Positions 18,172 through 26,372 of a stretch of DNA of 64,000 nucleotides are shown piece after piece; the first letter of the stretch is position 1; each line of letters opens with the position of its first letter. Source of the stretch: a virus (Duplodnaviria > Caudoviricetes). The DNA lies in the IMG/VR virus record IMGVR_UViG_2890725172_000001, positions 32,001 to 96,000 of that record; one strand, written 5' to 3'. The translations under genes were made by a program, and so were the position numbers. The notes beneath the pieces were generated by a model. That model ran no database searches and was not told the DNA's origin. It saw nothing but the letters and a program-made list of their open reading frames with translations.

Positions 18172-18243
18172 CTCCCCATGGAGGGTTCGAACCTCCATTA
18201 CCAGAGCCAAAATCTGGCGTCCTGCCGATTGGACGAACGGGGA
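18172..18243 (-). tRNA. tRNA-Gln(TTG)
   Basis: Cloverleaf, loop TT TTG GC. Confidence 0.9.
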
Positions 18244-18244
18244 A

Positions 18245-18320
18245 TGGCTGACCATCCTGGACTCGAACCAGGGATGGGCGGATTAACAGTCCGCTGCTCT
18301 GCCAGCTGAGCTAATGGTCA
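18245..18320 (-). tRNA. tRNA-Asn(GTT)
   Basis: Loop CT GTT AA; encoded CCA. Confidence 0.9.
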
Positions 18321-18325
18321 TTGCG

Positions 18326-18399
18326 TGCCGGTGCGAGGACTCGAACCCCGACTGGCCCGATCCTAAGTCAGGTGCCTCTTCCAATTGGGCTACACCGGC
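18326..18399 (-). tRNA. tRNA-Leu(TAG), short variable loop
   Basis: Loop CT TAG GA. Confidence 0.85.
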
Positions 18400-18400
18400 G

Positions 18401-18475
18401 TGCCGACACAGGGACTCGAACCCCGGACCCGCGCGATTAAAAGTCGGCTGCTCTAACCAGCTGAGCTATGTCGGC
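18401..18475 (-). tRNA. tRNA-Lys(TTT)
   Basis: Loop CT TTT AA; bulged anticodon stem. Confidence 0.9.
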
Positions 18476-18593
18476 AAATTTTGTGGCGCAGAAACCTATT
18501 GAGAATGCTTCCCCTCAGGGGGCCTCGACACGATTTCTACCTACTGCGCATCAGTTAAAGGTGTCATAAGCCTACTCAAGTAAGTCGAACACG

Positions 18594-18665
18594 TACCGAC
18601 GCGGGGATTCGAACCCCGATTTTCCTGACCCCATGCCAGGCGCCTCTACCATTGGGCACATCGGA
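18594..18665 (-). tRNA. atypical tRNA, apparent TGG anticodon on a Leu-like body
   Basis: Good T arm and acceptor stem, loop CA TGG GG (no U33), U1:U72 mismatch. Confidence 0.6.
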
Positions 18666-18666
18666 G

Positions 18667-18742
18667 TACCGCCAGCGGGAATCGAACCCGCGCCTTCGAG
18701 ATTGAAAGTCTCGCGACCCTAACCAACAGAGTCCATGGCGGC
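18667..18742 (-). tRNA. tRNA-Glu(TTC)
   Basis: Loop CT TTC AA. Confidence 0.85.
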
Positions 18743-18743
18743 T

Positions 18744-18819
18744 TGGAGCCGTAGGGGGGATTCGAACCCCCAACATGCTGCTTGGAAGGCAGCCACTCTA
18801 CCAATTGAGTTACTACAGC
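18744..18819 (-). tRNA. tRNA-Gly(TCC)
   Basis: Loop CT TCC AA; U73-CCA. Confidence 0.9.
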
Positions 18820-18820
18820 T

Positions 18821-18897
18821 TGGAGCCGGGACGGGGATTTGAACCCCGAACCTGCCGCTTACAAGGCGGCTGCTCTATCCAGTTGAGCTATCCCGGC
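18821..18897 (-). tRNA. tRNA-Thr(TGT)
   Basis: Loop CT TGT AA; CCA. Confidence 0.9.
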
Positions 18898-18898
18898 G

Positions 18899-18971
18899 TG
18901 CCAACGCGAGGAATCGAACCTCGGACCTGTCCCTTTTCAGGGGACCGCTCTTCCATCTGAGCTACGATGAC
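18899..18971 (-). tRNA. tRNA-Phe(GAA)
   Basis: Loop CT GAA AA. Confidence 0.9.
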
Positions 18972-18972
18972 G

Positions 18973-19045
18973 CACTAGCGACGGGACTTGAACCCTCATC
19001 AATCTCATCGACAATGAGCCTCCCAGCCAATTGGGCGACGCTAGC
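18973..19045 (-). tRNA. tRNA-Asp(GTC)
   Basis: Loop TT GTC GA; G73. Confidence 0.8.
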
Positions 19046-19046
19046 T

Positions 19047-19124
19047 TGGTTGCGGGTGCCGGATTTGAACCGGCGATCCCGGACTTATGAGGCCCGTGAG
19101 GACTCCGAACTCCTCTAACCCGCA
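19047..19124 (-). tRNA. tRNA-Met(CAT), initiator-like body
   Basis: Loop CT CAT AA; CCA. Confidence 0.85.
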
Positions 19125-19125
19125 G

Positions 19126-19198
19126 TGTGAACGAGCGGAATCGAACCGCCTCAAAGGGAGTCACATTCCCTTGTGCTAACCATTACACCACATTCACC
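19126..19198 (-). tRNA. tRNA-His(GTG)
   Basis: Loop AT GTG AC; G-1 present. Confidence 0.85.
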
Positions 19199-19199
19199 A

Positions 19200-19275
19200 T
19201 GGATAGTCGGCGGGATTCGAACCCGCGTTTCCGCTTTTGCAGAGCGGCGTTCTTGGCCTCTGAACTAGCGACTAC
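19200..19275 (-). tRNA. tRNA-Cys(GCA)
   Basis: Loop CT GCA AA; U-CCA end; irregular acceptor stem. Confidence 0.8.
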
Positions 19276-19322
19276 GTAAAACTTAGCAGGCGTCGATCAT
19301 CCGACGCATCTGATTTACGGCG

Positions 19323-19336
19323 AGGTATCGATACCT
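19323..19336. promoter_or_regulatory. palindromic motif AGGTATCGATACCT (copy 1)
   Basis: Also at 40383-40396 (exact) and 47284-47297 (1 mismatch). Confidence 0.6.
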
Positions 19337-19667
19337 AGTCGACGACGTACCAGTCCTCTTCCAGGAGGTCGGTCTGGGAGACGACCCAGGGGACGAACGA
19401 ACCGTCCGCCGTCCGCATCATGAGGTAGGACCTGAAGACACAGACGGTGCCCTCGGCGAGGCCTGTGGCCTCGGCCGTGTTCTTGTTGATGGCGATGCCG
19501 TCCGGGTAGCCGTTCTGGTGGACGATGAACATGTTCACGCCGTTCCAGCCCTCGCGGGCCAGCTTCTCGCCGTCCTTGAGGTACTGAAGAGCTTCGCTGA
19601 AGGTCAGCTGGATTCGATCGTCGCAGCCGCAGGAGCAGGCTTCTTGGATCCACTCGTCGTCTTCCAT
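19335..19667 (-). CDS. DUF2829 / Tad2-like anti-defence sponge protein
   Basis: F.EAL..LK.G.KLAR.GWNG...PW..SQTDLL.EDW signature. Confidence 0.8.
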   Translation of the reverse strand: MEDDEWIQEACSCGCDDRIQLTFSEALQYLKDGEKLAREGWNGVNMFIVHQNGYPDGIAINKNTAEATGLAEGTVCVFRSYLMMRTADGSFVPWVVSQTDLLEEDWYVVD

Positions 19668-20005
19668 CAGGAGCCCCTCAGGCCGGTCGCGGCGAGGATC
19701 TGGGCGTTGCGCTGCTGCTCGGCGGCGGCCTGGGCGGCGCGGATCATGATCGCATGGGTTGTCATGGCGATCTCCTGGGCTTGGATCCGGCCGATGCCGA
19801 TGTGCATGGAGGACAGGACCTCTTCTGGGGTGACGTCGCGCTCGGTGATGATGGCGTTGGAGTCGAGCAGGCGCCGGTCGGAAGTGGTGACGGCGTGACC
19901 GTCGTGGTCGATGTAGGTGACGTAGGCGGTTCTGGCGACGACGGGACCGTGGTCGCCGGTGCCGAGGTCGCTCTGACCGAGGTCAGTTGCGCCGGAGGCG
20001 TTCAA
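19667..20005 (-). CDS. hypothetical protein
   Basis: TGATG coupling to next gene. Confidence 0.6.
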   Translation of the reverse strand: MNASGATDLGQSDLGTGDHGPVVARTAYVTYIDHDGHAVTTSDRRLLDSNAIITERDVTPEEVLSSMHIGIGRIQAQEIAMTTHAIMIRAAQAAAEQQRNAQILAATGLRGS

Positions 20006-20015
20006 GTTCGTGTTC

Positions 20016-20537
20016 CTAGTTGGTGTAGTCGTATGTGCCAGCTGCGGCGCGTTGGCGCTGCATGACGATCGAGTGGTAGGGGCAGAAATCGCACAGGAAG
20101 GTGTTGGAGACTGGCCGGGTCGATAGCCCGGCTTCCTTGCGCAATTCCTTGGTGTCGGGGATGAGCTTCTTGCGGTCGGATCGGTAATCGCCGCAGTTCT
20201 TTGTCCGGCCGTGGTATTTCCAGCAGGAGTGGGCGTCGGCCGAGAATGTGTTGCGGGTGTCGTAGAACTTCGTGCCGAGTCCGTCGCTACCGCCCGCTGC
20301 CATTACCTTGTTGGCCTCGTCGAGAATGGCCTTGCGGTAGGTGGGGTTTTCCCACTCGCTCTTGGCGATGATCCCGAGCGGCAGGGCGGCGATGTGTGTC
20401 TGTCCGCTCTCGGTGGTGTGCCGGGAGGAGATCAGGTATTCGAGTGTGGTGTCGTATTCGGCGGGACCGTCGTAAAAGGGGAGTTCATCGACGGTCCCGC
20501 AGGTGCCACAGAAAAGAAGCCGGATTTTCTCGCTCAT
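20016..20537 (-). CDS. Cys-rich putative Zn-binding protein
   Basis: CGTC...H; C..H....C; CDFC. Confidence 0.65.
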   Translation of the reverse strand: MSEKIRLLFCGTCGTVDELPFYDGPAEYDTTLEYLISSRHTTESGQTHIAALPLGIIAKSEWENPTYRKAILDEANKVMAAGGSDGLGTKFYDTRNTFSADAHSCWKYHGRTKNCGDYRSDRKKLIPDTKELRKEAGLSTRPVSNTFLCDFCPYHSIVMQRQRAAAGTYDYTN

Positions 20538-21343
20538 AGGGTGAGAGCCGCCCAGGTGATGATTCCGGCTTCGCCGTCCGCGACGATTCCGGCCTTCGTC
20601 TGGAAGTCGATGACGGCCTGCTTGGTCTTGGCTCCGTAGATGCCGTCGACGGTGAGCTTGGCTCCGGCGGTGTTCAGCAGCTGCTGGAGCTGCTTGATCT
20701 TGAGCTGGTCGTCGGGGTTGGTGCCGGAGTGGTTGCGCGGGTCGTCGGACTTGATGCCGAACCAGTGGTCGGGCGCCAGCGGGAACTTCGGCCGGGTGCT
20801 GCCGGGCTTGGTCGGCTTGGATGGCGTGGTCGGTGCCGGGGTCGCCTTGGTGGCCCAGCGTGGGTAGCCGAAGCCGACGAAGACGTTGTCGTACCTGGCG
20901 CAGACGGTGACCTTGTTGGAGATGTTGCCGTCAATGGTGACGACGCGGCCTTGCTTGTCGCGGCCGAGGACGACGCCGACGTGGTCGACTCCCGCGACGG
21001 TGTCGGTGCGCTGGTAGTCGACGAAGGCGATGCTGCCCCGGGTGGCGGTGTTGCCGAGGCGGCCGTTGCTGGCGAACCATCGGGCGTGGGATGGCGTCCA
21101 GGCGAAGCAGCCGACCTGTGCGAGCGCGGCTTCGGCGGCGTCCAGGCCGCCCTTCTTGCGTCCGGCTTCCCAGGCGGCCCAGCCGGTGAACACGTCGCAC
21201 CAGGCGGCCTTGTCGAATCCGCTGTCCTTGACGCGGTCGCCGTACCAGATGCCGTAGGTGCTGGCGCCGTTCTTTTCGCCCTTGCCTTCTTGTGAGAGAA
21301 GGACGGCGATGTATTCCTCGGCGGTGATGATCAGGTCGCTCAC
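20534..21343 (-). CDS. endolysin (CHAP amidase plus peptidoglycan-binding domain)
   Basis: AWCD.F, DHVGVV, TIDGN; C-terminal DGIYGAKT..AV..FQ...DG..G..TW. Confidence 0.85.
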   Translation of the reverse strand: MSDLIITAEEYIAVLLSQEGKGEKNGASTYGIWYGDRVKDSGFDKAAWCDVFTGWAAWEAGRKKGGLDAAEAALAQVGCFAWTPSHARWFASNGRLGNTATRGSIAFVDYQRTDTVAGVDHVGVVLGRDKQGRVVTIDGNISNKVTVCARYDNVFVGFGYPRWATKATPAPTTPSKPTKPGSTRPKFPLAPDHWFGIKSDDPRNHSGTNPDDQLKIKQLQQLLNTAGAKLTVDGIYGAKTKQAVIDFQTKAGIVADGEAGIITWAALTL

Positions 21344-21456
21344 CGGATCTCCTCGAACTCCGGGAGCTCTACGAGCTCGACCTCGGCGAGGCTGGCGGGC
21401 TGCGGACCGTCTTCGGGGCGGATGGCTCCGCCTACGGGTGGGGTGGGGTAGCTCAC
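21340..21456 (-). CDS. small hypothetical protein (38 aa)
   Basis: GTG after AGGA; GTGA overlap with endolysin. Confidence 0.35.
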   Translation of the reverse strand: MSYPTPPVGGAIRPEDGPQPASLAEVELVELPEFEEIR

Positions 21457-21474
21457 GTGCGAAGTCCTGATGGG

Positions 21475-21630
21475 TTAGCGGAGGGATTCGGCGCGGCGGG
21501 CGGCGCGGAATTCGGGCGCGGTGGGGGCCGAGACGTTTCCGCCGCGATCTGGGGTGTCTGTGCGGACGCCCTTTTCGGTCATTCCCTTGCGGAGGTCCGC
21601 GTTCATTGACCGTGGGGCTGGTAGAGCCAT
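21475..21630 (-). CDS. small hypothetical protein
   Basis: ATG after AGGAG. Confidence 0.55.
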   Translation of the reverse strand: MALPAPRSMNADLRKGMTEKGVRTDTPDRGGNVSAPTAPEFRAARRAESLR

Positions 21631-21643
21631 GGGGGGTCTCCTG

Positions 21644-22147
21644 TTAGCGCCAGGAAGGCAGTAGCTTGCGTGCCTGCCCGGCTGCGATATTGAGGGGTTC
21701 GCTCGATCGGACGCCGTATTTGACGGCGAGGTCGGTGAGCTCTTCAGGGGACATGTCGATGTTCTTGCCGTCATTCACCAGACGTTCGGCCGGAATTCCC
21801 TTGGGCGCGAAGCGCTTCCCTTGGGCTTGGAGCCGAAGTGAGGTCTGCGGGTTGAAATCTTCAGGCCATGAATAGTCCTCGGATGGGACTCGTTCGCCGA
21901 CGTGGACTCCACGCTGGTAGCTGCGCTTGTTGAGGCTTTGCTTGACCGCGTTGAGCAGCCGGTCTTCGCGCCGCGATCGGACGGTGCCGAGATATCCGTC
22001 TGGGTATTCGGCGTATGGCGCCGCGTTTCCTGTGCGGCGGGCGTCCAGTTGGTTTCGCCACGGCACGACCGGGACATTGGGGGAGCTGCCGATCGTGCCG
22101 GGCTGGCCTTGGGGGGCGTTGTAGGACCAGTCGCTGTATCCGGGCAT
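21644..22147 (-). CDS. conserved hypothetical protein
   Basis: EYPDGYLGTVRSRREDRLL...YQRGVH.GER motif. Confidence 0.65.
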   Translation of the reverse strand: MPGYSDWSYNAPQGQPGTIGSSPNVPVVPWRNQLDARRTGNAAPYAEYPDGYLGTVRSRREDRLLNAVKQSLNKRSYQRGVHVGERVPSEDYSWPEDFNPQTSLRLQAQGKRFAPKGIPAERLVNDGKNIDMSPEELTDLAVKYGVRSSEPLNIAAGQARKLLPSWR

Positions 22148-22153
22148 GACGTC

Positions 22154-22372
22154 CTACAGGGAGACGGTGGTGGGGTTCCGTCGCGGTTCGTTGTCGACGG
22201 CGACCGGTTGGCGGTCTTGGGTTGCTCGGTTGGCCAGGGCTCCGCCGACAAAGGCTCCGTAACGGCCTGCTGTCCCTGCGCTCGCGGCGCTGGCGCCCAG
22301 CTCGGTGGCAGCGCCGCGAGCGACGGCGCTACCGGCGGCGCGGGCGGCGACGCCCAGCAGGAGGGGGAGCAT
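22154..22372 (-). CDS. small Ala/Gly-rich protein
   Basis: TAATG coupling; RBS GGAGG. Confidence 0.55.
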   Translation of the reverse strand: MLPLLLGVAARAAGSAVARGAATELGASAASAGTAGRYGAFVGGALANRATQDRQPVAVDNEPRRNPTTVSL

Positions 22373-22683
22373 TAGTTGCCTCCGCCGAGCCGACGCCGGG
22401 CGTCGAGGAACTCGCCGGTTCCCTTGGCGCTGGGGACGCGCCGGGTGTTGCGGAGATTGGCCGAGGCGGCTGGGTCCTCCATGGGGGCCCATCGCGAGCT
22501 CGGGGCGTAGCAGGCGCCCAGGCGCTCGTTGACGTTCCGCTTGTGGCCGCCGGTGAGGTCGACCATGGCCGAGCCCTTAGGCCCGCCCTTGGGGCGAGAG
22601 GCAGTCGAGGGCTTGCCGGAGGTGTTGGTGGCCGTCGCGTGAGCGGTGCCGACCTTCGGGAACGTGGTTGTGGTCTTGTCCAC
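22372..22683 (-). CDS. hypothetical basic protein
   Basis: RBS AAAGGA. Confidence 0.6.
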   Translation of the reverse strand: MDKTTTTFPKVGTAHATATNTSGKPSTASRPKGGPKGSAMVDLTGGHKRNVNERLGACYAPSSRWAPMEDPAASANLRNTRRVPSAKGTGEFLDARRRLGGGN

Positions 22684-22733
22684 TGGGTTTCCTTTATTGT
22701 GGCCGGGGCCGAATTAAGTCCAGTGGCGCGTGT

Positions 22734-23015
22734 TTAGTAAAAGACTTGGAAGACGAGGCCGGTTACTTCGCCGTCGTCCATTTGGATGATGGTGAATGCC
22801 GGTCGGAAGGTGAGCGAAAGTCCTCGTGGGCCGACGTAGCCTTGTGCGATGGCCATGGCCTTGCAGGTCTGGTTGACCGCTCCGGCGCCGATGGCGCGGA
22901 TGAAGACTTCCTTGCCCTCGTAGATGGCGTGGCTGATGGCCGATGCCAGCTTTGGTGCGTCGCTTTTGCCTGAGACCTTCAAAAGCATGGTGTTTGAGGC
23001 GGTCTCGGTATCCAA
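22734..23015 (-). CDS. spoVS: SpoVS-family protein
   Basis: LKVS.KS...LASAI...IRAIGAGAVNQ.CKA.AIA.G.V.P.G..L...PAF. Confidence 0.9.
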   Translation of the reverse strand: MDTETASNTMLLKVSGKSDAPKLASAISHAIYEGKEVFIRAIGAGAVNQTCKAMAIAQGYVGPRGLSLTFRPAFTIIQMDDGEVTGLVFQVFY

Positions 23016-23091
23016 TGGTTCCCCTAATTACGTGTCTAGTTCCGGTAGTTTTCCGGGTTCTATTTCACGTTAAGGGAATTGCGTCCTGAGT

Positions 23092-23688
23092 TTATAATGC
23101 CGGGACCGGTATGGATGATTTCCAGTGCGCGGGGAGGTCCGTGTGCTTGGTCAGGCCCTGAATAACCTTGAATTCCTCGGGAAGATCGCTTCTTCCCCTA
23201 TGTAAGTCACAGGCCATTCGTGCCAACACGTAGGCGTCTGCCTCGTTGTCATTCTTTGTGACGAATCCCCACTTTTCCTTGCAGAACTTCATCACCTTCT
23301 TCTTGTCGGCGTTTCCCTTACCGGTCGCGTACTGTTTCAGTTCGCTTGGGCTGACGATCGTCGGATATCCGGCCTGACTGGTGTAATAGCTCAGCAGGCG
23401 CAGCCGTACGGCGGCCGATATCTCCCCGACTTCCTCGCGGCGGAAAGCCCGTCCTCGCGCATACCCTTCCATTGCGATGTGCATGACCGATGCCGGGGGG
23501 TGAATTCCACCCCAGCGGCCGAAGAGCTCGTCGAGCCATTCCTGCACGGCGATCAGGCGTCCCACACCCTTACCGAACTTGGCTGGCGGGAAGGCCTTGC
23601 GGTGGACCGCCGGAGCTTCTCCAGGTGCGTAGGCGACTACCGCGAACCCGGAGAAGCTCTGGTCGATGCCGATGTACCGGCCGATCAC
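23092..23688 (-). CDS. RuvC-like Holliday junction resolvase
   Basis: IGID, MEGY, P..LK.YATGKGNADK, NDNEADA. Confidence 0.85.
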   Translation of the reverse strand: MIGRYIGIDQSFSGFAVVAYAPGEAPAVHRKAFPPAKFGKGVGRLIAVQEWLDELFGRWGGIHPPASVMHIAMEGYARGRAFRREEVGEISAAVRLRLLSYYTSQAGYPTIVSPSELKQYATGKGNADKKKVMKFCKEKWGFVTKNDNEADAYVLARMACDLHRGRSDLPEEFKVIQGLTKHTDLPAHWKSSIPVPAL

Positions 23689-24392
23689 TGCTCTCCTGAG
23701 AGGTGCTTCCAGGCCCCTCGCTGCGCAGATGCCATCGCCGCGACCGCTCCGGGAGAGTAGTTGGTTCCCATGACCTTGGCCGCGACCTTGAGCGCGCTCT
23801 CCTTCTCGATCTGGTTGGCACGGTCGCGCCAGTGCCTCTCTGCCCGATCGACCAGTTCAGCCGCGACCTTAGGCATGCCCTCAAGGGAACACTCACTGAG
23901 GTCGATCACGATGTCGGGCACCCAGTCGGCTGCCTTCTCAGAGATGTGCTGGTTGACCGGCCCGACACCTTCGCGGATGACATGAACGGACACGACATGG
24001 GAGTGTGCGTCGACCAGGGCCTTGAGCTCGTTGGGATAGCGCAGGTCGGTGATGACGACCTTCTCCCGGTTGTTGGCGATCTTGAGGGGCTGTGTGAGCC
24101 ACACGTCCTGGTCGATGACCGTGCGTGCGCCTTCGCCGAGATCTTGGAGCAGTTTGCGGACCTCGGGGAACATGCGCTTGGCCAGGTCCCAGCCCAGCTC
24201 ATAGACCACTTCATTGAGGTGGATCGACTTGCCGTCCGCGTCCTCGATGACCCGTGGGTTCACGGCCTTGGCGAGCTCGCGAACCTGATTGGCGAAAGCG
24301 ATGCGGTGGTATCCGTGCTGGAGCTTCAGCAGGGAGGCGAGGGTGTCCTTTCCGACGCCTCCGTAGCCGTAGAGCGCGAGGACCTTGCTCAA
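23685..24392 (-). CDS. deoxynucleoside monophosphate kinase
   Basis: GYGGVGKDT P-loop; R.LLQ.LG; ITDLRYPNE; HISE. Confidence 0.85.
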   Translation of the reverse strand: MSKVLALYGYGGVGKDTLASLLKLQHGYHRIAFANQVRELAKAVNPRVIEDADGKSIHLNEVVYELGWDLAKRMFPEVRKLLQDLGEGARTVIDQDVWLTQPLKIANNREKVVITDLRYPNELKALVDAHSHVVSVHVIREGVGPVNQHISEKAADWVPDIVIDLSECSLEGMPKVAAELVDRAERHWRDRANQIEKESALKVAAKVMGTNYSPGAVAAMASAQRGAWKHLSGEQ

Positions 24393-24661
24393 GCCGTGAC
24401 CTTGACGATGTTGTTCCAGCGCCGGATGGTGACGGTCTTTCCGAGCAGCTGGGGGAACTCAGGGGCGATCACCCGGAGATCGACGAGGTAGCTGTGTCGC
24501 CAGTGGGTCTGGACGATGCGGACGACCTTGCCGACGAGCTGCTCGGTGGTGTTGCCGACGCGGAAGGGGAAGACGACGGTGTCCCCCTCGGTCACGACCT
24601 TGCCGAAGATGTCGGTGAGACGAATCTCGATAGCCGGGGTGACCGTCTGAATGGTGGTCAT
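24389..24661 (-). CDS. hypothetical protein
   Basis: RBS GGAG; overlap with next gene. Confidence 0.6.
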   Translation of the reverse strand: MTTIQTVTPAIEIRLTDIFGKVVTEGDTVVFPFRVGNTTEQLVGKVVRIVQTHWRHSYLVDLRVIAPEFPQLLGKTVTIRRWNNIVKVTA

Positions 24662-24684
24662 TTGTTGTTCTCCGTGTAGGGGAT

Positions 24685-25863
24685 TCAGGCGGAACGACGG
24701 ATCGTGTCGTTTCCGAATGGCTGGTTGGGAAAGTCGCTGAAGCTGTTGGGGGCGACCCGGCGGAGGATTGTGAGGAGTTCTCCGGCGAGTTCCCGGATTT
24801 CCGCGTCGGCGGCGATGTGGTAGCGCTTGGTCAGCACTTCGCGCCAGGCCCGGAGATTTCCGGTGACGACCATGGAGACCGGCTGAGAATTGAGCAGGAC
24901 GCTGCGGGCGGCCTCGCGGATTTCCTTCTTGGTGAGCTTGTCGCCGTCCGCCTGCCGCGCCATGAGCGCGGTGATGATCTCCTCGTAGTCGCCGATGGAG
25001 GCCTTGTGTGCGCAGATCAGGACGTCCGTGATGGCGGGGTACTTACGCAGCAGCGGAGGGATGACCGGTTCACCTTCGTCTTGAGGGACGTAGCGCTGGC
25101 TCTCGACACTGAGTGACAGGTGCCGGTGGCGGGAGAGTTCGGCCAGGAGGCTCCGGGAGACGCCGGTGATCAGGAACGTCGCGCTGGCGTGTTCTAGAAC
25201 ACTGAAGTGTTGGTGGTCGATCACATTGCGCAGGTATCCGGCGTTGGTTGCCGTCTCCGGGTTGGGCTTCGACCAGCTCTGGTAGCACGTGCGACCGGCG
25301 TACTCGGCCAGGATGTCAGCGTCCATGTAGCCGACGTTGGTCGGGTCGTCCTGGTGGTCGAGCTTGTCGTACACCTCGGCCGAGACGAAGGTCCAGGCGA
25401 TCAGCTGCACCCGCGAGGGGGTCTCGTCGACGGTGACGGTGCTGGCCTGCGGAGGCGGAGGGAAGACGGTGTCCTCGGAGACGATCGTCAGCTTGGGCCG
25501 TGGGATGCAGCAGCCATCACAGTCGTGCTCCTGCCACTGGTCGGCGTCGCTGTACTGGTCGATGAAGTAGGCGAGGCTGTCAGGGTCGGTGTGGGCCTGG
25601 TTGTGCTGGCAGATCCGGTAGCCGAGGTAATGCCGGTCGCTCCGGAAGACCAGCGGCCACTCGATCATGTGATGGTTGGACGGGTTGTGCAGGACGCAGA
25701 TCTCTCCGGCGCCGCGAATGGTGTTTCCGCACACGAGAGCGCTGTGGGTGCGGAGGACCTTGTCGTCCCCGAGGGAGTGGTGTTCAGTCTGGCGTGCGGC
25801 GAGCTTCCGCAGTTCGTCTTCGAACTCCTGGAAGAGGTCACTGGTGGCGATCATGTTGTCCAT
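24685..25863 (-). CDS. thyX: flavin-dependent thymidylate synthase with N-terminal Cys/His domain
   Basis: [42 protein letters not shown]. Confidence 0.9.
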   Translation of the reverse strand: MDNMIATSDLFQEFEDELRKLAARQTEHHSLGDDKVLRTHSALVCGNTIRGAGEICVLHNPSNHHMIEWPLVFRSDRHYLGYRICQHNQAHTDPDSLAYFIDQYSDADQWQEHDCDGCCIPRPKLTIVSEDTVFPPPPQASTVTVDETPSRVQLIAWTFVSAEVYDKLDHQDDPTNVGYMDADILAEYAGRTCYQSWSKPNPETATNAGYLRNVIDHQHFSVLEHASATFLITGVSRSLLAELSRHRHLSLSVESQRYVPQDEGEPVIPPLLRKYPAITDVLICAHKASIGDYEEIITALMARQADGDKLTKKEIREAARSVLLNSQPVSMVVTGNLRAWREVLTKRYHIAADAEIRELAGELLTILRRVAPNSFSDFPNQPFGNDTIRRSA

Positions 25864-26372
25864 CGATGTCTCCGGTTGAGGTCGGGTGTGTCAGTGCGGC
25901 GGGTGAGCTCGCGGGAGAGGTAGGCGGCCCGGCCGGAAGCCGATTTCGCGATGGGCTCGATCAACTTCCGCAGGGCGTAGCACTCGGTCTGGAGTGCGGT
26001 GGCCTCGGCTACGAGAGGGTCGTCGGCCGCTCCGGCTTTGAGCGCCGTGGCGGTCTTGCCGGTGCCCTTGACGATCGCGGCGGCGCGGCGGCGGCCGAGC
26101 TCTTCCTGAACCCACTGCTCGCGGATTTCCGCGAGGGCGAGCTGTCCGCTGGCGTACTCGCTCCAGGCGATCATTTGCTGATAAAGCGACATCAGCTCCG
26201 GGCCGTCGAGCTCGGTGACGTCGTCGGGGAGGCCGGGGAGTGATTCGGCTGGCCGGTCAGGTGGGGCGATCCCGCTCCGGCGCAGCTGGCTGACGGTCGC
26301 GTCGACGAAGTCTTCGAGTTCCGTCTTGAGGGTGGGCTTGGAGGTCAGTGACCTGCGGTGCAGGGTTCGCAT
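25851..26372 (-). CDS. hypothetical coiled-coil protein
   Basis: LP.DVTELD...L; SRELTRR. Confidence 0.6.
   Translation of the reverse strand: MRTLHRRSLTSKPTLKTELEDFVDATVSQLRRSGIAPPDRPAESLPGLPDDVTELDGPELMSLYQQMIAWSEYASGQLALAEIREQWVQEELGRRRAAAIVKGTGKTATALKAGAADDPLVAEATALQTECYALRKLIEPIAKSASGRAAYLSRELTRRTDTPDLNRRHRWTT

Noticed and set aside
18001-19164. Short ORFs called across the tRNA array
   Set aside because: They overlap clear tRNA cloverleafs
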